From NCBI GenBank assembly GCA_018821305.1, contig JAHJMN010000131.1:44106-108105 (forward strand): a stretch of DNA of 64,000 nt. Reading direction: 5' to 3'. The notes under the pieces are model-generated. The model had not been told where the DNA came from, searched no databases, and was given only the letters and a program-made list of their open reading frames with translations. Positions 39,130 through 47,697 of the stretch are shown here, piece after piece (the stretch's first letter is position 1; each line of letters begins with the position of its first letter). The stretch is from Myxococcota bacterium (lineage in GTDB: Bacteria > Myxococcota_A > Polyangia > HGW-17). Both the position numbers and the translations under genes were made by a program.

Positions 39130-39636
39130 ATGATTTTTCTTGCGGCAAAACTTGTGGATATTCTTGAAAAACGTGCCGATGAGCTGGCAAAACGCTGGGC
39201 CCGTCTTGTTATCGAACATGAAATGACACCGGGGTATGCTGTAACTGATGAAGTCGAACTTTGTAACCGCGCCCGCAACGTGTACGCCAGTTTAGGAAAA
39301 TTTCTTGACCAATCATTTTCCGCTACGGATGCCCGGGCCAAATATTACGATCTTGGAAAACGACGATACCGGGAGGGTTTTGGTATTGTTGAGCTTATGG
39401 TGGCCCTCAGCCTTGAGAAAATTGTACTGTGGGAAGCTGTGCAGGAGGAAGGACTTACAACATCTTTCGATCTTCAGGGAGCTTTGGAACTACTGGCGGA
39501 AGTAAGTCGCTTTTTCGATAAAGCCCTCATATGGTCGATGATGGGTTATGAAGATGAGAAAGCGGCAGGAAACCGCAAAATTGGAGAACGGCGCCCCACG
39601 GGACGCTGGTTTGCAGTTAAGCCTTCGAAAGATTAG
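39130..39636 (+). CDS. hypothetical helical protein, probably co-transcribed with smpB
   Basis: 168 aa, all-alpha. Faint resemblance to RsbR-N/sensor-globin-like domains, unverified. Confidence 0.45.
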   Translation: MIFLAAKLVDILEKRADELAKRWARLVIEHEMTPGYAVTDEVELCNRARNVYASLGKFLDQSFSATDARAKYYDLGKRRYREGFGIVELMVALSLEKIVLWEAVQEEGLTTSFDLQGALELLAEVSRFFDKALIWSMMGYEDEKAAGNRKIGERRPTGRWFAVKPSKD

Positions 39637-39863
39637 TGCCTTTCGCTATAATATTTTGCCCTTGAATTTACACTGTGATAATATCTTCGCGTCGTTTTGA
39701 TTTCATACGATCATGAGCCGGCGTTAAAAGATTTGATTCTGGATTCAATCATTTGAACGAAACGCCAGAATGCGAAGTTAAGAAAACGTTCTGATTGGTT
39801 CACTGGTGAAGCTTTGGTTTGCTTAGAATTTGAATTTATTACAGATATGAAGAAGGTGAATTA

Positions 39864-40778
39864 ATGAAAATCACTTTCCGTGGTGTAAGAGGCAGTATCC
39901 CGGTACCGGGAAGTCTCACCCGTTTGTGGGGTGGAAATACTTCCTGCATAAGTATTGAAGGCGCTGGAGAAGACCTCATTATTCTCGACGCCGGTACAGG
40001 GATCCGCACCATCGGCACTCGTCTCATGGATGAGAAAAAGTATAAAAATATACATATTTTCATTACTCATGCCCACTGGGATCATATTCAGGGCTTGCCG
40101 TTTTTTGAGCCTCTTTATTCAAGCAATTTTACAATTCATTTCTACTCCGCTATCCGTAAGGATTTCCACTGTCGAGACATCATCAGCAAAGTGATGAAAC
40201 CTCCGTATTTCCCGTATACAATTGATGACTGGAAAGCAGTTGTTCATTTTCACGACATCATACCGGGAACAGATGTTCAGATTCCCGGTTGCCGAATTTC
40301 ATCTGCAAAGCTTAATCATCCATGGGATGCCACAGCTTTTCGCATTACAGCGGCGGATAAGTCGTGCGTTTATGTTACGGACACAGCGCCTTTTGACCAT
40401 ATGATTCTATCCTGGGATTTCGTTGGTCGTGCCCCGGATCTGACATCAATGCCCCTCACTGATGAAGCTCCTGATCTTGCCCGTATGAAATCAGATCTCG
40501 TAAATCTCTGCCGAAATTCGGATATGGTCATTTATGACACAATGTTTTTAGACAGTGACTATAACAGAAATCCCCACTGGGGGCATTCCACCCCATCTCA
40601 TGCCATTGAAATATGCAAGGAAGCAAATGTAAACCAATTGGTGCTTTTTCACCATTCTCCTGACCGCAGTGATGAAGCTCTTGATATTATTAAAAAGGAT
40701 TTCGCTGCCTATCCGGATCTCAAAGTATTTGTGGCTCGGGAACTTCTGACCCTTGATCTGAATAAGGAGGGCAAATGA
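39864..40778 (+). CDS. MBL-fold metallo-hydrolase
   Basis: 'FITHAHWDHIQGLPFF' (HxHxDH) after an N-terminal 'ITFRGVRGSIPVPG...LDAGTG' beta-lactamase fold. Confidence 0.75.
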   Translation: MKITFRGVRGSIPVPGSLTRLWGGNTSCISIEGAGEDLIILDAGTGIRTIGTRLMDEKKYKNIHIFITHAHWDHIQGLPFFEPLYSSNFTIHFYSAIRKDFHCRDIISKVMKPPYFPYTIDDWKAVVHFHDIIPGTDVQIPGCRISSAKLNHPWDATAFRITAADKSCVYVTDTAPFDHMILSWDFVGRAPDLTSMPLTDEAPDLARMKSDLVNLCRNSDMVIYDTMFLDSDYNRNPHWGHSTPSHAIEICKEANVNQLVLFHHSPDRSDEALDIIKKDFAAYPDLKVFVARELLTLDLNKEGK

Positions 40779-41623
40779 AAGTTTCATTTCACGGAGTCCG
40801 CGGATTCCTGCCCGTTCCCGGGGATGACACCGTAATCTATGGCGGCAATACCCTGTGCATGAGTATCACCGCCGATTCCGGAGCATTAATCGCGATTGAC
40901 GCTGGTACAGGAATATCCGCCTGGAGTCGTACTTTACTCGGTGGCGATCTCGGTCGTGGTCGCGGCAATGTCGATATTATAATCACCCACAGTCATTACG
41001 ATCATACCCAGGGTTTTCTGTTTTTCATTCCCGCCCTTATTCCGGGAAATTCCCTGCGGATTTACGGCCCCGTTTGCAGCGGAAAAGATATCCGTCAGAT
41101 GCTCGAAGATCAGGTTCATCCGCTGGTTTCTCCTATGCAGACGCTGTCTAATTTTGCTTCAACCATGGCTTTTCACACAATTGAAACCCGTGAAGAATTG
41201 AAGCTCCATGATATATCCTTCCGGTTCCTTCCTTTAAAGCACGAAACGGAAAACAGTCTCGCAGTGGTTTTCTCCGATGGCAAAACCCGTGCAGGGTGCA
41301 TTTCCGACGTATTTCACAATCCTCATTCAATTACTTCCGCTTCGGAATTCTTTGCGGGATGCGATCTTCTGGTACATGACGCAACGGATACCAGTGTGGA
41401 TTATATAAGTTCAAAAAGGGATTTTTCCCGGGACGGTTTTACCGCCGTTGAAGTCGCCGGTCGTGCTCAGGTTACAAAACTTGTGCTTACCCACTTTCAT
41501 CATTCCCTCACGGACGCGGATCTCGAAGTTATGCTCCGCCGTTGCCGCTCATTCGCTCTTGACCGTGGTTTTAAAAACCTCGAAATAGACCTCGCAAGAG
41601 AAAACCACTCCATCTGTTTCTAG
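40775..41623 (+). CDS. MBL-fold metallo-hydrolase (tandem paralogue)
   Basis: 'IITHSHYDHTQGFLFF'. The N-terminus 'MKVSFHGVRGFLPVPG' parallels the upstream gene. It overlaps that gene's stop by 4 nt. Confidence 0.7.
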   Translation: MKVSFHGVRGFLPVPGDDTVIYGGNTLCMSITADSGALIAIDAGTGISAWSRTLLGGDLGRGRGNVDIIITHSHYDHTQGFLFFIPALIPGNSLRIYGPVCSGKDIRQMLEDQVHPLVSPMQTLSNFASTMAFHTIETREELKLHDISFRFLPLKHETENSLAVVFSDGKTRAGCISDVFHNPHSITSASEFFAGCDLLVHDATDTSVDYISSKRDFSRDGFTAVEVAGRAQVTKLVLTHFHHSLTDADLEVMLRRCRSFALDRGFKNLEIDLARENHSICF

Positions 41624-41731
41624 ATTTTTTTCTATAATCTAAATACACAGGAGGAACGGATCAAATGCTTGCTTGCTCGCTCAAGAAATGGCAGCATAAC
41701 TGTCAATTATAACAGGACCACCACAAAGCGT

Positions 41732-41992
41732 CTAACTGCCCATGCCGTCGTTATCTTTACCAAAGTTTTTCAGACCCTTGGTATTAACTTCTTTCGCTCC
41801 AGCCTTCATGGCATTTGGTGAAACGTTGGTTTCACCAGCGAGAGCATTCGCAGAAGCTCCGAAGAGCTTACGAATGTCGTCACCGAAGAGTGTAATTACA
41901 CCGATAGCAGCAATGGCGATAAGAGCTACGATGATAATGTACTCGGTCATTCCCTGACCTTTTTTGTTTTTCAAATTTTTTACCAGATTCAT
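41732..41992 (-). CDS. flp: Flp family type IVb pilin
   Basis: Leader 'MNLVKNLKNKKGQG' is followed by 'MTEYIIIVALIAIAAIGVITLF' (G/xxxxEY class-III signal plus hydrophobic helix). AAGGAG lies upstream of the ATG at 41992. Confidence 0.7.
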   Translation of the reverse strand: MNLVKNLKNKKGQGMTEYIIIVALIAIAAIGVITLFGDDIRKLFGASANALAGETNVSPNAMKAGAKEVNTKGLKNFGKDNDGMGS

Positions 41993-42239
41993 GACGATTC
42001 TCCTTTGTGCGGATTTGAGAGGAATAACCACTAATTAGTTTTATATCCGAACAGGAGTAGCTTTACTATCGGCCTGATGACCGATTAGACTGCTTGCAGA
42101 GTAAAACGATAGTAAAACTATTAATTACAAATAGATAGGGATTCTGGGAAACAGGGTCAGGCAAAATACTTCTAAATCCTTTAGTGACATAAATTGAAAA
42201 GGTGGCTATACTTTGTTTTCAGCGAAAGGGTGTTTATCC

Positions 42240-45200
42240 ATGAAAAAACAATTCGGATTCCAGATATTTGTGTCCCTGTTTTTATCTCTGCTTCTTTCCA
42301 GTGGGTGTGACGACAGCGGTGAAAAAAACGATGAATGTGCTTCCGGATGCCTGATTGAAGGTATTTGCTATCCTGACGGAGTTATAAACCCTTCTAATTC
42401 CTGCCAAATCTGCAATCCTGGTCTATCAGCGGATAACTGGTCTGATCATGAAGGTAGTTGCGACGATGGTTTGTTCTGTACGGTAAACGACATGTGCACT
42501 GCCGGAGTTTGTGAGGGCACCGAACGAATTTGTGATGACGGCATAGCCTGTAACGGCAGTGAAACCTGCGATGAAGAAAATCAGATCTGCACCGTTGGAA
42601 CACCTGAGTGTGACTCCGGGACTTTGTGTAATCTGGAGACAGATACCTGTGTTCAGACCTGCACCGGGTGTGCAATTTCCGGAATCTGCTACGGAAACGG
42701 TCAGATTAACCCCGCCAATCAGTGTCAGATCTGCGATCTGGTTACAAATGCTTCTGACTGGACCAGCCGCGACGGCGAAAGCTGCGACGACGGCCAGTTC
42801 TGCACGGTAAACGATGCATGCAGTGCCGGAGTTTGTGAGGGATCTGCCCGCAGTTGTGATGACGGTATAGCCTGTAACGGCAGTGAAACCTGTAATGAAG
42901 ATACGGACAGTTGCTCTAGTGGAACAGTCACCTGCACCGGCGGTGCCATGTGTGATATTGCTACGGATAGTTGTCTTTTTGCCTGTAATGGCTGCATTAT
43001 AAATGAAATTTGCTACGGTCACGGAAGCATTAACCTTTTAAATACATGCCAGATTTGTGATATGTCTCAGAATTCAGTTGGGTGGACAGATCGCGATGGG
43101 GCAAGCTGTGATGACGGTCTCTTCTGCACGATAAACGACACGTGCTCAAGTGGTGTATGTCAGGGATCTGCCCGTCCATGCGACGATGGTATTTCCTGTA
43201 ACGGAAGCGAAAGTTGCGATGAAACCAGCGATTCGTGCATTGCCGGAGTAACTACCTGCGAAAGTTCCGAGCTTTGTGAATTGACAACGGACAACTGCGT
43301 TCAGATGTGCACCGGGTGTGCAATTTCTGGAATCTGCTACGGAAGCGGTCAGACAAATCCCGCAAATCAGTGTCAGATTTGCGATCCCATTACAAATGAT
43401 TCCACCTGGACCAGCCGCGACGGCGAAAGCTGCGACGATGGCCTTTTCTGCACGGTAAATGATATGTGCGCCTCAGATATATGTGAAGGTACGCCCAGGG
43501 TATGCGATGACGGCATAGCCTGTAACGGCAGTGAAAGTTGTGATGAAGGCTCAGACACCTGCACGACAGGGGTAACAACCTGCGAAAGTTGGGAACTTTG
43601 CGATATGACTGCCGACAGTTGCGTTCAGACGTGCACCGGCTGTGCAATTTCCGGTATGTGCTTTGGAAGCGGCCAGATAAATCCGGCAAATCCCTGTCAG
43701 ATCTGCGATACTGTAGCGGACTCTTTTGCCTGGACCGATCGCATTGGAGAATCCTGTGATGATGGCGTAAACTGCACTGAATCGGATATGTGTGAAGGTG
43801 GCGGCATCTGCATGGGCACTGCTCTGGCTTGCCTGACGGATCGTCCCTGTATGGAAAACACCGGTTGCACTGAAGGATCCGGGTGCGGTGAGGTAATGAA
43901 TCCTGCCTGTGCCATGGATATCCATTGTGCCGATATCTGCACTGAAATCGGTGATACAGCCAAGTATTTTATTTATGAAATTTCTCCCGCAGAATTATCC
44001 ACTTCTGGTGGGGAGCTTGTAACGCTAAAAGGTTTCTTCGGTGATGGTTCAGAAGTGACCATTATCGCTGGGGGCATTTCCGTTCCTGTCCTGAGCGCCA
44101 ATTCAACTACGGTTACCTTCAGTGCTCCTGAGGCAAGCACAGATCTTGATCTCGTAATTACAGGCCCTGGTGGGGCACCGGTTGTGCGAGTTTTCAATGA
44201 ATATAATTACGGAGTTCCATATTATGTAACGTCTTCTTCCATGTCCCTTGTGTATCTTGCACCGGTGGTAACCACTGTTGAGGGGTGTAGTAATATTGGT
44301 TCAGAAGGAGTTACAGTAGATTGTGAAAAAGACGGGGGCATACCCATTCTGGTCACCGGTATGAATTTCGGAAATGATCCATCGAACCTTACAGTTCTTA
44401 TTGGGGATACCGAGTGTCAAGAGTTGGCGTTGGCAGATTATCATACTCGGATTTATTGTAACATTCCTCCTATGCCTGAAGGCGACTGGATTTTCAACGT
44501 AACGGTTATAAGGGATGGCAAGTCCGGAGTTAAGGAAGGTGGTCTGTCCTACGCAGGACCGTATATCGCTGAAGTTTTCTATAATGATGATGTTGACCCC
44601 GCTGGAGGAAGTATGCTGGAACTGCGAGCAGGCAACATAAGTTTACCTCCGGACACATCGGTATGGATCGGGCCAACAGGCACTGAAAATGAGTGTTTAA
44701 TTCTGGGGATCTTTTCCGATACAATACGATGCATAGTTCCTGCCGGGGCTGGAGTTGGTCATGAAATTAGAGTAAAAACTGGCAACCTCTGGTCCGAACC
44801 GGCACCGGTATTTTTAAATTACCGACTGCCGACAATTCAACCGGGCAGCCTGACTCCTGATCCCCTTATTCCCGGCGGTCTGATTCTTCCTTTACCGACA
44901 TATCCTGCTCAGGTTTACTTCCGGGTGGATGATCTTCCGACACTTTATGATACAGTAAATATTACTTATTATGATGGAATTAACTCCAATATCTGTCATT
45001 TCCCCGAGCTCACAGCAAACTCCTTATCCGAACCCATGGTTGGGTGCTGGATATTTGGCAATCTTTCTTCCGATGGTGCTGTCATGGGAGATTCTTATTT
45101 TTCAATCTCCGTTTGGGGTGCAACTGTTAATGGTACAGACATGCTCCAGTTTGGCATTCCGCCCCAGATGGCGACGTTTTCCGGTTGCGTTGATGACGGA

Positions 45201-45719
45201 AGCGGCAATACCGGGTCATGCCCCACGGAAGGTGGCAATACAATTACCGTAACGGGAAGCGACTTTTCCTCATCCATGCAGCTTGCGGTAAACGGAATTA
45301 CGACGGCTTACAATCTGATTTCTTCCAATGAAATCACCTTCACCATGCCCCAAGGCACTGGATATGCCAGTGTTCAAATCATCCTTCCATCGGGGCTGCT
45401 CTCCGCCGCCGCCGCGATTTCATACACCAGACCCGTAATTGATTCTGTACAAGGATGCCCTTTTACAGTTGGAAATACAACACACGGTTGTCCTGTGACT
45501 GGTGGAACAGTAATTACCATAAACGGAAGTGATTTCGGCTCATCCGGAGCAGAAGTGTTAATCGACAAAAATCAATGTACAGGTGTTTTGCATGACGCCC
45601 TGACGCCCCATCGCCGCATTACCTGCATACTGCCTCCGGGCACAGGACTGGAAGTTCCCGTAACCGTAAAAGCCGGAACCTTCACCAGCGATCCCGCCCG
45701 CCTCTCATACTTGCCGTAA
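42240..45719 (+). CDS. giant surface lipoprotein/adhesin with five tandem Cys-rich modules of about 107 aa and C-terminal IPT/TIG domains
   Basis: Lipobox (LLSSGC). Modules 'C.GC.I.GICYG.G.INP.N.CQICD...W..RDG.SCDDG.FCT.ND.C..G.C.G..R.CDDGI.CNGSE.C' recur about every 320 bp from roughly 42340 to 43900. IPT-like blocks 'IYEISPAELSTSGGELVTLKGFFG' and 'ITVTGSDFSSS' follow. Confidence 0.7.
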   Translation: MKKQFGFQIFVSLFLSLLLSSGCDDSGEKNDECASGCLIEGICYPDGVINPSNSCQICNPGLSADNWSDHEGSCDDGLFCTVNDMCTAGVCEGTERICDDGIACNGSETCDEENQICTVGTPECDSGTLCNLETDTCVQTCTGCAISGICYGNGQINPANQCQICDLVTNASDWTSRDGESCDDGQFCTVNDACSAGVCEGSARSCDDGIACNGSETCNEDTDSCSSGTVTCTGGAMCDIATDSCLFACNGCIINEICYGHGSINLLNTCQICDMSQNSVGWTDRDGASCDDGLFCTINDTCSSGVCQGSARPCDDGISCNGSESCDETSDSCIAGVTTCESSELCELTTDNCVQMCTGCAISGICYGSGQTNPANQCQICDPITNDSTWTSRDGESCDDGLFCTVNDMCASDICEGTPRVCDDGIACNGSESCDEGSDTCTTGVTTCESWELCDMTADSCVQTCTGCAISGMCFGSGQINPANPCQICDTVADSFAWTDRIGESCDDGVNCTESDMCEGGGICMGTALACLTDRPCMENTGCTEGSGCGEVMNPACAMDIHCADICTEIGDTAKYFIYEISPAELSTSGGELVTLKGFFGDGSEVTIIAGGISVPVLSANSTTVTFSAPEASTDLDLVITGPGGAPVVRVFNEYNYGVPYYVTSSSMSLVYLAPVVTTVEGCSNIGSEGVTVDCEKDGGIPILVTGMNFGNDPSNLTVLIGDTECQELALADYHTRIYCNIPPMPEGDWIFNVTVIRDGKSGVKEGGLSYAGPYIAEVFYNDDVDPAGGSMLELRAGNISLPPDTSVWIGPTGTENECLILGIFSDTIRCIVPAGAGVGHEIRVKTGNLWSEPAPVFLNYRLPTIQPGSLTPDPLIPGGLILPLPTYPAQVYFRVDDLPTLYDTVNITYYDGINSNICHFPELTANSLSEPMVGCWIFGNLSSDGAVMGDSYFSISVWGATVNGTDMLQFGIPPQMATFSGCVDDGSGNTGSCPTEGGNTITVTGSDFSSSMQLAVNGITTAYNLISSNEITFTMPQGTGYASVQIILPSGLLSAAAAISYTRPVIDSVQGCPFTVGNTTHGCPVTGGTVITINGSDFGSSGAEVLIDKNQCTGVLHDALTPHRRITCILPPGTGLEVPVTVKAGTFTSDPARLSYLP

Positions 45720-45766
45720 GGCACGGTGGAAGCAGGAAAGCAAGCTTGGGTAATTCCATCAACCTG

Positions 45767-45943
45767 AATGACCACACCCCTGAATCCGAATTCGATGTTG
45801 AATGAACGGATCATAAAAGCGTTCGTAGACCGCCTATAGTTAGCCCAGGGTTTTAACCCTGGGATCGGTGCCGGGGTAATCACATAGAAGTAAATGACCA
45901 CACCCGTGAATCCTCATGCGATGTTGAACCCGCAGACCATGAG
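45767..45943. repeat. two ~49-bp direct repeats (AATGACCACACCC.TGAATCC...CGATGTTGAA...) flanking a 77-bp segment containing hairpin CCCAGGGTTTTAACCCTGGG
   Basis: DR1 is at 45767-45815 and DR2 at 45893-45943. A third partial copy 'TCGATGTTGAATCCGCAGACC' lies at 46091-46113. The perfect 8-bp-stem hairpin is at 45844-45863. Confidence 0.8.
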
Positions 45944-45960
45944 CCTGTGCCCAAAGATTG

Positions 45961-46115
45961 CCTGTTCCTGATTACCTGATATTTAACAGGGACTCAGGTA
46001 GTCAGGCAAACAGGATCAGGAACAGGGCGTAAATATTCAATATCAATGGAATATTACAAAGACTGGAAGCAAATATTCACTTTTTAGTTTTCGATGTTGA
46101 ATCCGCAGACCAGCC
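45961..46115. repeat. dispersed CAGG-rich element copy
   Basis: 'CCTGTTCCTGATTACCTGATATTTAACAGGGACTCAGGTAGTCAGGCAAACAGGATCAGGAACAGGGCGTAAATATTCAATATCAATGGAATATTACAAA...GAAGCAAATATTCACTTTTTAGTTTTCGATG' aligns base-for-base with the 46625 copy. Confidence 0.8.
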
Positions 46116-46148
46116 TTTCCCCCTTTCCTGCGCCGCCGTAGTTGACGG

Positions 46149-46480
46149 GTCGGAACCAAAGGTGGAATGAAAAATCAACCGGGTCCGCGCGACATGGCGT
46201 GAGGTGGAATGAAAAATCAACCGGGCCCACGCGACATGGCGTGAGGTGGAATGAAAAATCAACCGGGTCCGCGCAACGCTGCTCGAGGCAAGACGAAAAA
46301 CAACCACTTCCACGCAACGCAGCGCGAAGCCGGACGAAAAATTACCAGGTCCGTGCAAGATGGCGCGAGGCCGGACGAAAAACAACCGCATCCACGCAAG
46401 ATGGCGCGAGGCCGGAAAAAAAATTACCCGGTCCGCGCAATACGGCGTGAGGTGAGATGAAAAATGAGCCGGTTCCGCGC
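46149..46480. repeat. GC-rich 41-42-bp tandem repeat array, about 8 units, consensus GGTGGAATGAAAAATCAACCGGGTCCGCGCGACATGGCGTGA
   Basis: Units 1-3 are near identical and later units diverge, conserving only the 'GAAAAA(T/C)' core and terminal 'GCG(T/C)GAG'. Head-to-tail without spacers. GC is far above the local background. Confidence 0.85.
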
Positions 46481-46542
46481 TATTATTAATATTTCTTTTT
46501 ATCAGATAAAATTTGAAAATAGGATGAACGATCCTTATACTC

Positions 46543-46564
46543 TGCAAGCGGTCTAGACCGCTTC
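46543..46564. repeat. near-perfect palindrome GCAAGCGGTCTAGACCGCTTCC (shared terminal module of the dispersed element)
   Basis: Preceded by 'CGATCCTTATACTCT', as in the copies at 46770 and 61775. It could form an 8-9-bp-stem hairpin and may act as a terminator. Confidence 0.7.
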
Positions 46565-46624
46565 CTGAGTAATACGATTGTGAGTTATTCTAAAGAAAAT
46601 CTTCAGGAGAAAGACCCTGAATGT

Positions 46625-46802
46625 CCTGTTTCTGCTACTGATTTCCTGTGTTCCTGAAATTTTAAACAGGGACTCAGGAAGTCAGGCAAACAGGGACAGG
46701 CGCAGGTCATAAACATGTAATATCAATTTAAAATTACAAAAACTTGAAGCAAATATTCACTTTTTAGATTTCGATCCTTTTACTCCGCAAGCGGTCTAGA
46801 GG
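46625..46802. repeat. dispersed CAGG-rich intergenic element, most complete copy (ends in GCAAGCGGTCTAGA palindrome half)
   Basis: 'CTGCTACTGATTTCCTGTGTTCCTGAAATTTTAAACAGGGACTCAGGAAGTCAGGCAAACAGGGA...ATATCAAT...AATTACAAA...GAAGCAAATATTCACTTTTTAGATTTCGATCCTTTTACTCCGCAAGCGGTCTAGA'. Confidence 0.8.
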
Positions 46803-47518
46803 GAGGGGGAATCCGGGGAATCGGGTTTTCTTTTTCGACTTATGCGGGATCGCTGATTTGCTAAAGCTGTGAAAAAGTCGGCAAAAACTGCTGCTGCTCT
46901 TTCTTCTCCCTTCAAAACAAGTACCGTCGACCACACGGCTTTTATTGCGTTATCCAAATCGGGAATTGTTGCTTTCATCGTAACTGGCTTTGCATCCATT
47001 GCGGCATTACGTTTTTCGAGATTTTCTAAGAAAACATCATTGGAGTTGCGGATAGCATCCACAAAAGGGCCAAAGTTTAAATTTGATATGCGGGGGGCAA
47101 CTTCCGGAGTTGAAAGAAATGCGAGACGTTCATTTAAAATACCAGTTTCACTTATGTAAGATTCCTTGAGGAATCCAAACCCATTGGGATTTATGCGTTC
47201 GAGGATAAAAATGGCATCTTCTCCTTTGTCGCTTCCCGGAAGCATAGCAAAGGATTCAAGATAGCTGCATGCAGCACGAAATGCGTCATCGCGAAGCTCT
47301 TCAAGTTGGGTAAGTTCTTCCGTAAGGGATTTTTCATGTCTTGGAACGAGGGTTGAAATGGTATTGTTTGCCCGTAGTAAAAGTTCGTCTGCTAAAGCTT
47401 TAATTGAAGGATCTTCGGGCCAGGTACTGAGACAGTTTTTTGCGGCATTTAAAGAAACTTGTGCTTTTTCAACGGAATTGAGTATAGAAACTGCTAATTT
47501 AAACATAGTTAAATCCAT
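46796..47518 (-). CDS. hypothetical protein, downstream of phoU
   Basis: 240-aa helical ORF whose stop codon lies inside a dispersed-repeat copy. Confidence 0.45.
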   Translation of the reverse strand: MDLTMFKLAVSILNSVEKAQVSLNAAKNCLSTWPEDPSIKALADELLLRANNTISTLVPRHEKSLTEELTQLEELRDDAFRAACSYLESFAMLPGSDKGEDAIFILERINPNGFGFLKESYISETGILNERLAFLSTPEVAPRISNLNFGPFVDAIRNSNDVFLENLEKRNAAMDAKPVTMKATIPDLDNAIKAVWSTVLVLKGEERAAAVFADFFTALANQRSRISRKRKPDSPDSPSL

Positions 47519-47697
47519 TCTGGCTGCTTGGAGCCTGTAAAATTATTATTGTTTATTGTAAATAATGAGCGCTCGAAAGTGACGTTATTTGGTCACATAA
47601 GATTATCCGCTGGTATGAATAACGGTTGCGAAAAAATCTTAATTTTTTTTCAAGTGATTGATTATTAATAATAATAAATGCGGAATTTTGAAGAGGG

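Noticed and set aside
38500-39900. tmRNA (ssrA) next to smpB
   Set aside because: No tRNA-like 3' end (GGTTCGA...CCA context) and no tag-peptide reading frame were found around smpB. ssrA is probably elsewhere.
42340-43900. Diversity-generating retroelement targeting the repeated Cys modules
   Set aside because: There is no reverse transcriptase and no template repeat with adenine-specific differences. The module differences are spread over all bases.
42394-43963. Antisense ORFs inside the adhesin gene (e.g. 42426..43022, 43551..43925)
   Set aside because: They are shadow ORFs produced by the 320-bp tandem modules. The sense frame has the lipoprotein signal, modules and IPT domains.
45820-45880. 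tRNA-like segment (GTAGACCGCCTATAGTTAGCCCAGGGTTTTAACCCTGGGATCGGTGCC)
   Set aside because: There is no GTTCRANYC T-arm, no 7-bp acceptor pairing with a CCA-compatible end, and no D-arm consensus. It is better explained as a hairpin inside a direct-repeat unit.
46149-46480. Possible CRISPR array
   Set aside because: Repeat units are contiguous with no intervening unique spacers. The unit is 42 bp, there are no cas genes in the window, and units degenerate progressively.
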